From a virus, in the IMG/VR virus record IMGVR_UViG_3300003890_000025, positions 15,149 to 79,148 of that record: a DNA stretch of 64,000 nt; one strand, written 5' to 3'. Below the pieces are notes generated by a model that saw only the letters and a program-made list of their open reading frames with translations, did no database searches and was not told the origin of the DNA. Positions 56,525-64,000 of this stretch are shown one piece after another; the first letter of the stretch is position 1; every line of letters begins with the position of its first letter. Made by a program: the position numbers and the translations under genes.

Positions 56525-57457
56525 ATGACTAAAAAGTTTGATCTCAGTAAATACAAAGAAAGTATAAAAGTAGCTGACACGCCATTAAAAAAGGATAAGT
56601 TTATAGTACTTAATGACGCTTTACAAGAAGTCTTAGGATTACCTGGGGTTCCACTTTCTCATGTAGTACAGATATTTGGTAAGAGCGATAGTGGTAAAAC
56701 TAGTCTTATGTTCCACATAGCCGCTCAAGCACAAAAACAAAACGTTTTACCTATTTTTATTATTACTGAAGGTAAAGTTTCTTGGGATCGTGCTAAATCA
56801 ATGGGAGTAGATATTGATAACTCTATAATAGAATATGTAGATTTTTTAGAGGACATATTTACTAAAATAGATAGATATATAGCAGATGTTAATACTGGTA
56901 AATTACCTATGGACATAGTTATTTTAGTAGACTCTATAGGTAACACTGTTAGTGTTGATTCAGTTAAAACAAACAAAGACGGAACTACTGAGATGGGTGG
57001 GGCTATGATGAAGGCTAGTAAGGTAATTAGAGAAAAAATGAGAATATTTAGCCATAAAATAAACGACTCAAGAAAAATCTCTAGTCCTTATGATATTGGA
57101 CTAGTTTTCATAAATCATGCTTATACTCAGCCTCCACAGTTTCCAGGAGGTCCATCAAGCTTAGTTCCGTATGGAGGTGACGGTATTTGGTTAGCCTCCA
57201 GCTTAGTGCTTAGGACTAAAAAGTCCAGAAATCTAACCGCTATAAAAGATAGTAAAAAAATAGGATATGGAATAATTTCTAAGATTACTGTTGATAAAAA
57301 TCACATTAGCAATATATCAAATTCTGGTGAATTTGTAATTACTGCAGATTCGATTATACCTGATGAAAAAGGAGCTATAGAAGAATATAAAGCCTCTCAT
57401 AAAGATTCTTGGGTGGATATTTTAGATTATGATAATGGAGAAAACTATGAAAAATAA
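56525..57457 (+). CDS. RecA/UvsX-like recombinase
   Basis: FGKSDSGKTS, ILVDSIG, FINH, GG, VDKN. Confidence 0.85.
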   Translation: MTKKFDLSKYKESIKVADTPLKKDKFIVLNDALQEVLGLPGVPLSHVVQIFGKSDSGKTSLMFHIAAQAQKQNVLPIFIITEGKVSWDRAKSMGVDIDNSIIEYVDFLEDIFTKIDRYIADVNTGKLPMDIVILVDSIGNTVSVDSVKTNKDGTTEMGGAMMKASKVIREKMRIFSHKINDSRKISSPYDIGLVFINHAYTQPPQFPGGPSSLVPYGGDGIWLASSLVLRTKKSRNLTAIKDSKKIGYGIISKITVDKNHISNISNSGEFVITADSIIPDEKGAIEEYKASHKDSWVDILDYDNGENYEK

Positions 57458-58224
57458 AAACGAAATTGTATTTAATAATACACTGAAAAAAATTATAAAA
57501 ATTAATAAACAGCTTATGAAAAAGAAACTACGTAAATCTCAGTTAAAGAGTCTTGATTATAATTTAAATATAGTCTTAAGGGATATTAAAATCCATTTTA
57601 AAAAATACAAATATCCTTTAGACTTGTCCTTTTACATAGACATTATTATAAATAATACATTTGCAAAGGCACAAGAATACTTATTTTTAACCTTTTTAGC
57701 AAAAGGATATAAATATAGAACTGATAAAACAGGTAAATACCTTCTGTACAAAGAATAATATGTATAAATTAATTTATAATCTACTAATAATACTATTATT
57801 ACAGACTACTAACTTAAACGCCGAAGAGCTAAAGCTTATAGAATTACCACATAACCCAGATTCTAATATACATAAATTTAAAAGACAATTATTATTACAT
57901 AATATAAATAATTATATAAAAAGAAATAAAATAACTAGAGGAATGGATAAAATAGTAACTGCAATCAAGCAGCCTTCTATAGAACCTGTAAAGAGTTCTA
58001 ATATAATTATAAGAACTGGAATCAATATCCCTAAAGGATTAGCTTATTATGAACTAAAGATAATAAATAATTGGTTAATAGCTGGTTATTTAGATGGAAT
58101 TAAAGAATCCTCTTCTTTTTTACTAAGATATAAAAATATAGGTTTCCAATACTCTTGGAATATTATAAGTGGACATTCTTATATTGGATTTGACTTTAAG
58201 AATTCCTTATAATACACTATTATT

Positions 58225-58965
58225 ATGGATGAATATTATAAGATAATAAAGCCATATATATCAACATTACTTATATTTCTACTAGTTAATATAAGTATAA
58301 AGGTATTTGCTAGAGACTCTTTAGACGAAAGAATAAAGATTGCAGTATTAGATACCGGCATTAGACCTGACTTTTATTATAAAAATTCCTTATGTAAAAC
58401 AGGACATAAAGACTTCACTGGATTCGGTATTAATGACTATCATGGACACGGAACAAATATAGCTCATTTAATAGCCCAAAAAATAAACTATAAAACTCAT
58501 TGCTTAATAATAGTTAAATGGTTTCATTTAAAATTTGATAGTATAGCTTATTTAAATTCTTTGAAATATATATCTATTATTAAACCAGCATATTTAAATG
58601 CTAGTATTGAAGGTCCTAGTTATAGTCCATTAGAATACGATCTTTATAAAAAAATATTAATTAATGATACTATGGTAATAGCAGCAGCTGGAAATAGTGG
58701 TGTTAGTTTAGACTTAGAATGTAATTCTTTTCCAGCTTGCTACAGGTTTAAGACTAATAAATTTAAAGTAATTACTTCCTGTAATAAACAAGGCATAATT
58801 AATTTACCAAAAGCGAATGTAGGAAAAGTTATTAGTGGATGTGCTAATGGAGTATCACAATGTGACAATAGAAATTGCATGAACGGTACAAGTCAAGCTA
58901 CTGCTAATTATACTGGATTCTTGATATCTAATAAAACAAATATAGGTATCTATAATGCCAATTAA
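58225..58965 (+). CDS. Exported subtilisin-like (S8) protease
   Basis: Signal-like N-terminus; VLDTG, HGHGT, AAAGN, GTSQA. Confidence 0.85.
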   Translation: MDEYYKIIKPYISTLLIFLLVNISIKVFARDSLDERIKIAVLDTGIRPDFYYKNSLCKTGHKDFTGFGINDYHGHGTNIAHLIAQKINYKTHCLIIVKWFHLKFDSIAYLNSLKYISIIKPAYLNASIEGPSYSPLEYDLYKKILINDTMVIAAAGNSGVSLDLECNSFPACYRFKTNKFKVITSCNKQGIINLPKANVGKVISGCANGVSQCDNRNCMNGTSQATANYTGFLISNKTNIGIYNAN

Positions 58966-59401
58966 AAAGTGTAGATATTGCAACTCTATGATACTAGCAA
59001 AAGGACTATGTAAAAAACATTATTTTAGAAAGTATTGGAAGACTAATAGAAATAGGCTCAAACTTAAAAAAAGTCTATACTTAAAAACTCAGTTTGGATT
59101 CTTAACTAAACTCTATAAAAATATGAAGGATAGGGTATCTGGAACCTTAAAGAATAGTGCTCACTTATATAAAGGTAAGCCAATACTACCAAAATCTACA
59201 TTTTATAAATGGGCTATAAGTAATCCTAAATATATAGAATTATATAACGTCTATGTAGCATCTGGGTATGATAGAAAACTGGCTCCGTCTATTGATAGGA
59301 TAAATCCAGATAAAGGATACACTATGTCTAATATTGAATGGGTTACTAACTCTGAAAATTGTAGAAGAGCCTCAATAACTAAACTTAGGCTTAGAGGATA
59401 A
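58955..59401 (+). CDS. HNH-type homing endonuclease-like protein
   Basis: AKGLCKKHY Zn motif; PSIDRINPDKGYTMSNIEWV..SEN. Confidence 0.7.
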   Translation: MPIKKCRYCNSMILAKGLCKKHYFRKYWKTNRNRLKLKKSLYLKTQFGFLTKLYKNMKDRVSGTLKNSAHLYKGKPILPKSTFYKWAISNPKYIELYNVYVASGYDRKLAPSIDRINPDKGYTMSNIEWVTNSENCRRASITKLRLRG

Positions 59402-59406
59402 GTTAT

Positions 59407-60723
59407 ATGAAACGCTATGTAATATCATCTTTAATACCTGGGGCTGAATTAAACTATAAATTCCTAGACTCCATAGCTACTTATTGTAAGCATAATAAAG
59501 CTGAATTATTATTGATACCAACTCAAGCCTTATACTCTGACGATTTAATAGACCCAAACATAAACGCTTATGGCACTATTATTGAATCTTATCAAAAAAA
59601 TCTAAATAAAAACATATATATTAGTTTATTGCCAATAAATCCAGAACAAGTAGACCCAGTAACGGGACTAGATAGATTATCGAAAAATCACGCCAGTGTT
59701 ATATATGGATCAGCTAAACAAAGACTTAAATCAGTAGCCTCGCCTAACGAGGACTTACCACGTATAATAATGACTCCAGGGGCTATAACTCTACCATACA
59801 TTAGAAACACTAAAAGAGCTAAAATAGCAGCCCTAGACCACGTTCATGGAGCTATTATAGTAGAAATAAAAAGTAATAAATATTATCACTTTCGACAAAT
59901 ACAAGCGGATAAAGACGGTAGCTTTATAGATTTAGCTATTAAATACTCTGGTACCAAAATAACAAAAGTAATGGCTGAAGGTATAACTTTTGGAGACTGG
60001 CACGCTGGTTATACTGATCCTGATGTTAGAAGATGCTCCTTTGAAATGATAGATTACTTCAAGCCTAAATACGTGTTCCTACATGATCTATTTGACGGTA
60101 TCTCCGTTAATCATCATATAGAACACAAATACTTAATGAAAGCTATGTTAGGGGCACAGAATAACCTTAGTGCAGAACTACAATTATGTGCTATAGAATT
60201 AAAGTCTATAGAAAACAGAATGAAAAGAAAAGATAGTAAAGTAGTGGTCGTAAAAAGTAATCATGACGAGTTTTTGGATAAGTGGCTAGATGAAGGTAAA
60301 TATAAAGAAGATAAAATGAATCATATTATAGGTTTAGAATTAGCTTATCATAAAACTAAAGGCTTTGATTCTATAGAATATGGATTGAAAAAATTTCAAG
60401 ACTTTAATAAAGTTATATTTCTAAAATCTGATGATAGTTTTAAAATAAGTGACAAAGAAATAGAGTGTGGAGTTCATGGACACTTAGGACCAAATGGTAC
60501 TAGAGGGTCTATAGTTTCAATGGAAAAGTCCTATACTAATTCTAATACTGGACACTTACATTCTCCAGAAATATATAGGGGGGCTTGGGGAGCTGGTACT
60601 AGTTCTTATTTAAGACTTAGCTATAATAGAGGCCCTAGTTCTTGGATGCAGTCACATATAGTGACTTATTCTAATGGTTCTAGGCAGCTAATAAATATTA
60701 TAAACAAGGAATGGAAGGGATAA
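59407..60723 (+). CDS. Calcineurin-like metallophosphoesterase
   Basis: GDWH, HDLFDG, SNHD, HGH, GHLH. Confidence 0.8.
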   Translation: MKRYVISSLIPGAELNYKFLDSIATYCKHNKAELLLIPTQALYSDDLIDPNINAYGTIIESYQKNLNKNIYISLLPINPEQVDPVTGLDRLSKNHASVIYGSAKQRLKSVASPNEDLPRIIMTPGAITLPYIRNTKRAKIAALDHVHGAIIVEIKSNKYYHFRQIQADKDGSFIDLAIKYSGTKITKVMAEGITFGDWHAGYTDPDVRRCSFEMIDYFKPKYVFLHDLFDGISVNHHIEHKYLMKAMLGAQNNLSAELQLCAIELKSIENRMKRKDSKVVVVKSNHDEFLDKWLDEGKYKEDKMNHIIGLELAYHKTKGFDSIEYGLKKFQDFNKVIFLKSDDSFKISDKEIECGVHGHLGPNGTRGSIVSMEKSYTNSNTGHLHSPEIYRGAWGAGTSSYLRLSYNRGPSSWMQSHIVTYSNGSRQLINIINKEWKG

Positions 60724-61170
60724 ATGAAGATCAAACACACTAAAAATATAGCTCCTCTATTACCTTTTATAAAAAAAGCTTTAAAGGTGGCTGAAATAGA
60801 TTCTAAGCGTATAAAAAGAGTTATAGGCTATACCATTCCTTTACACAAAGACGTATTACAAGACGCCTGCTTAATTCATCATGGATCTGGGTATTATACA
60901 ATCTCTATTAGGTTGACAGAGCCTAGCTATAAAAGTTTAGGTAAAAAACTATTTAAAAAAACTAATAGTCATAAATTAGGTTTAGGGTTTCTATTGGATT
61001 CTATAGCACACGAGGTTAGTCATATTAAATATTGGGAACATGATATTAATCATTTTGAATTACAAATGAAGATACTTAATTCTTTTATACCAATATTAAA
61101 AAAACTAAAAATAAAAGACACTTCCTTACCATATGATAAAGCTATATCTTTGACAACGAGTACTAAATAA
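60724..61170 (+). CDS. HExxH metalloprotease-like protein
   Basis: IAHEVSHIKYWEH. Confidence 0.6.
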   Translation: MKIKHTKNIAPLLPFIKKALKVAEIDSKRIKRVIGYTIPLHKDVLQDACLIHHGSGYYTISIRLTEPSYKSLGKKLFKKTNSHKLGLGFLLDSIAHEVSHIKYWEHDINHFELQMKILNSFIPILKKLKIKDTSLPYDKAISLTTSTK

Positions 61171-61199
61171 GTTATCCTATCATAGGAGGGTTGTTGTTT

Positions 61200-61844
61200 A
61201 TGGTAATAGGTCTAAGTGGAGAAAAGCACGTAGGAAAAAGTACTGCAGCTTTGTTCTTAGAATCTAAAGGATTTAAGAAATTAGCCTTTGCAGAACCTTT
61301 AAAGAATATATGCTCATCAGTTTTTAATGCTAATTCTATAGATTTTAGAGATTATAATAGAAAAGACTCAGTTATAAAACCTATTAAATTAACTATAAAA
61401 AATTTTATAAATTTATTAGAATATGCAAATTTAAGATATTATCCAATAGATGAAGAAACCTTTAAGTTAGCAATATCCAGTTTTATAAATTCTACAAATT
61501 ATAATAGACTATTAAATACTCCGAGAGAAGTGCTACAAGTTGTAGGCACTGATATATTTAGAGATTTAATTGACTCAGAGTATTGGGTTAAGGTAGCTCG
61601 TTCCTCTATTCCAAAAGACAGTAAAGTCGTATTTGATGATGTTCGGTTTAATAATGAAGCTAATATGATTAAGAATTTAGGAGGTTCTATTATTAGAATT
61701 AAACGTCTTGGGTTAAATAATAATGATACACATATATCAGAACAACTATCTATAGAATCAGATTATATGATAGTTAACGTAGACCTAGAATCATTTAAAA
61801 AAGATATTATCGCTATATCTGATCTTATATTAAGTAATGGGTAG
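61200..61844 (+). CDS. Deoxynucleoside monophosphate kinase
   Basis: IGLSGEKHVGKST, FAEPLK, TPREVLQVVGTD, DDVRFNNE, HISE. Confidence 0.88.
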   Translation: MVIGLSGEKHVGKSTAALFLESKGFKKLAFAEPLKNICSSVFNANSIDFRDYNRKDSVIKPIKLTIKNFINLLEYANLRYYPIDEETFKLAISSFINSTNYNRLLNTPREVLQVVGTDIFRDLIDSEYWVKVARSSIPKDSKVVFDDVRFNNEANMIKNLGGSIIRIKRLGLNNNDTHISEQLSIESDYMIVNVDLESFKKDIIAISDLILSNG

Positions 61845-62148
61845 GAAAAGAAACGATAGAGACGAGCTAGATTACTTAAGGGACTTAGTAAGGCAACTTA
61901 AGGCTGAAAACAGAAACTTAAGAAAAAGCCTAGGCTCAGTTTCTAAGAAGCATAGAAAATTAGAGTACTTAACTGATTCCGTTGTTGACGCTGTACCAGA
62001 AATAAAAAATAATAACAAAGTAGAGAAAAGAAAATACCCATGCCCTAATTGTAAAAGTAATCTAACCGTGATAGAATTTCCTAAAAGGACAGTATTAATA
62101 TGTTCTACTTGTAAATATAGAAGGACCACTAATAAAAATGTCTCCTAG
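61837..62148 (+). CDS. Coiled-coil + Zn-ribbon protein
   Basis: CPNC...CSTC. Confidence 0.6.
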   Translation: MGRKRNDRDELDYLRDLVRQLKAENRNLRKSLGSVSKKHRKLEYLTDSVVDAVPEIKNNNKVEKRKYPCPNCKSNLTVIEFPKRTVLICSTCKYRRTTNKNVS

Positions 62149-62812
62149 TATACCTCTGATAGATATAAATAAAACTAAGACTATTTTAGTAATAGATCCA
62201 TCTGCATCTCATTTGGCTTATTGTCTAGCCGACTTAAATAAAGAAAAGAATGAGTTACAAATATTCTACGTAGGTATGCTATGGACTAAAAGTAAATGGA
62301 AGAGGGGGCTTAGATTCTATTACGTCCAGAAGTGTGTATATCATCTACTAAATTCTCTAAAAGATGCTTTACCTTCTGCTGTATACGTAGAGGGTTTCTT
62401 TGCCAATCCAAAACAAATGTTTGGGAGTGCTGTAATACCTACTATAAATGGACTTATAGAATGTCTAACAGTGCCTTATAAAGTAGCTTATTTTGAAATT
62501 CCTCCGCCTACTTGGAGGTCTAACTTAGGCATAAAGCCTATAAAAAATAGCATAGGTAAAAGGGACTACAAAGTCCCGACTAAAGCTTACGTAGAGTCTA
62601 TACTAGGTAAGTTACCAGACGAGATACCATCTAATAGTAATGATAAAATGAGAACTACTCCTAGTGATATAGCAGACGTTTTAGCTATAACCATAGCTAT
62701 AGGTAAACATCATGGATTAGATAAGGCAAGGTTATGGGGTTCGACTTTTTACCCAAAATCAGCTTTAGAATTATTTAAAAAAGAATTTATAGAGGTAAGT
62801 GAATATGAGTAA
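62138..62812 (+). CDS. RuvC-like Holliday junction resolvase
   Basis: ILVIDP, YVEG, PPTWR, DIADVLAI. Confidence 0.75.
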   Translation: MSPSIPLIDINKTKTILVIDPSASHLAYCLADLNKEKNELQIFYVGMLWTKSKWKRGLRFYYVQKCVYHLLNSLKDALPSAVYVEGFFANPKQMFGSAVIPTINGLIECLTVPYKVAYFEIPPPTWRSNLGIKPIKNSIGKRDYKVPTKAYVESILGKLPDEIPSNSNDKMRTTPSDIADVLAITIAIGKHHGLDKARLWGSTFYPKSALELFKKEFIEVSEYE

Positions 62813-63107
62813 GTTATTGAATTTATTAAAACAGTATTGGAAAGGTTTATTAGTAGCTCTGGGTACTATGTTAGGTCTGGCTTATTTAAGACAATATTTT
62901 CAAAAAGACCTTAAGTCTATTATTAAAAACCTATTAGCCAGCAATAAAAGCTCTATATTAGACGAAAAGTTATCTAGTAATAGGAGTGCTCAGGCAGACA
63001 TTAATAACTCCATAAAAGACAACCTAGAGCGTTTAAACGAGGCTAAGAGTGAGGCGTCTAAGGCTTCTATAAAAGAAATTGAAGATTTTTATAATAAAAA
63101 AAAGTAA
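62804..63107 (+). CDS. TM + coiled-coil protein (spanin-like?)
   Basis: N-terminal TM and coiled coil; GAGGT RBS. Confidence 0.45.
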
Positions 63108-63137
63108 AATATACTCTAAATATGCTATACTACAACC

Positions 63138-63632
63138 ATGGGCATTAGAATTGCGTATAGCTATATTTTAAGCTTTATACGAAGAATTAAAAACGCTATA
63201 AGAGCGTTTAAGTTTTATTGGTCTATAAACGAGTCAAATAACGATTACGTTGAAATACTTCTTATAATAAAATTTAAGCTAGATAATATAAGAAAAAATT
63301 TAGAATCGCATAAGTCTTATGAATATATTGATAAGGATAAATATATTAAATCACTTAGAATATGTAGCAAACTTATGACGAGAATTATTAACCAAAATTA
63401 TATAACCAATGATCTTAGTAAATTAGATAAAATTTATGGTCCGTGTATACTTAAGACTTTAGAAAATGGATATACCTCTATTGAGGGGTCTAATATAAGA
63501 ACTAGGGAAGAAAGGGAAGCTTACGCAGTTCATTTAATAGAAATACTAAACCTAGAAGATAGGATGATGATAAGAGACCAGGATAGACTATTTAAGGTAA
63601 TGAATAAATATATAAGGACTTGGTGGGTATGA
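63138..63632 (+). CDS. Hypothetical protein
   Basis: ATG 6 nt after TGCTATACT. Confidence 0.6.
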   Translation: MGIRIAYSYILSFIRRIKNAIRAFKFYWSINESNNDYVEILLIIKFKLDNIRKNLESHKSYEYIDKDKYIKSLRICSKLMTRIINQNYITNDLSKLDKIYGPCILKTLENGYTSIEGSNIRTREEREAYAVHLIEILNLEDRMMIRDQDRLFKVMNKYIRTWWV

Positions 63633-64000
63633 AACTTTTTTTACTAATATCAATGTTTACTATTAATGTAGCTATGGCAGAAGTTAAATTTATTGAAAAG
63701 GATAAGCCAGCTCCTTATTCAGGCTTTCTATTCTCACCTACAGCCGAATTAGAAAATAGACTTAAATTAATGGATTTAGAATATTTTAAAAACCTTACTA
63801 ATAATCAAAATAAGTTAATTGACCTAAAGAATAAAGAAACAGAACTATTGGCAGAGCAGGTTAAGTTATGGAAAGATCAAAGCGAGAGTCTATCAAAAGA
63901 ATTGACACGTAAAGAAAATTATAGCTTTTGGAAGAACTTATTGTATTTTGGGTTAGGGGCGGCTATAACTACTACTATCGTATTTGGAGTAAATAAAGCC
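63629..64000 (+). CDS. Exported coiled-coil protein with C-terminal TM (partial)
   Basis: ATGA coupling; MKLFLLISMFTINVAMAEVKFIEKDKPAPYSGFLF...; open to the window end. Confidence 0.6.
   Translation, partial: MKLFLLISMFTINVAMAEVKFIEKDKPAPYSGFLFSPTAELENRLKLMDLEYFKNLTNNQNKLIDLKNKETELLAEQVKLWKDQSESLSKELTRKENYSFWKNLLYFGLGAAITTTIVFGVNKA

Noticed and set aside
28547-63038. TTTAAACGCT-containing word at ~28549, ~34677 and ~63029 (minus)
   Set aside because: Short word in AT-rich DNA; two copies are inside CDSs; compatible with chance.
1-64000. TAG stop-codon reassignment suggested by TAG abundance
   Set aside because: Known genes are full-length under the standard code and several end in TAG.

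Overview
AT-rich tailed dsDNA phage DNA (Caudoviricetes). No integrase, tRNA or CRISPR array was recognised. From ~1 to 22.2 kb, a minus-strand morphogenesis module encodes terminase, portal, scaffold, major capsid, four fibre/spike proteins with paralogous adaptors and an M15 peptidase. From 22.3 to 28.3 kb lie mixed accessory genes (dCTP deaminase, AP2 protein, DEDDh exonuclease, c-type cytochrome, AAA ATPase) and a ~470-nt structured ORF-free segment. A non-coding divergence point at 28.35-29.15 kb holds a G/C island, a 40-41-bp-periodic array of six alternating-orientation sigma-54 (-24/-12) sites and a seventh site with a full enhancer-type layout (palindromic UAS-like sites, IHF consensus) ahead of small early-type genes. 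From 29.2 to 48 kb, plus-strand genes include amidoligase + class II GATase, SLT, ERF, a plant TAA1/alliinase-like PLP enzyme, a two-frame overlapping C5 methyltransferase, a GT2 synthase cassette, a sigma factor, a second MTase, PduO and a Cas4-like nuclease. From 48 to 64 kb are replication/nucleotide genes (PolA, primase-helicase, ThyX, intein-containing class II RNR, RecA-like, dNMP kinase, RuvC-like). A recurring phage-specific late-promoter motif (WAACAAMT-N5/6-TA) precedes the structural genes. The host is possibly Bdellovibrionota/delta-proteobacteria-like (inference only). All calls come from motif recognition by eye; no searches were run.
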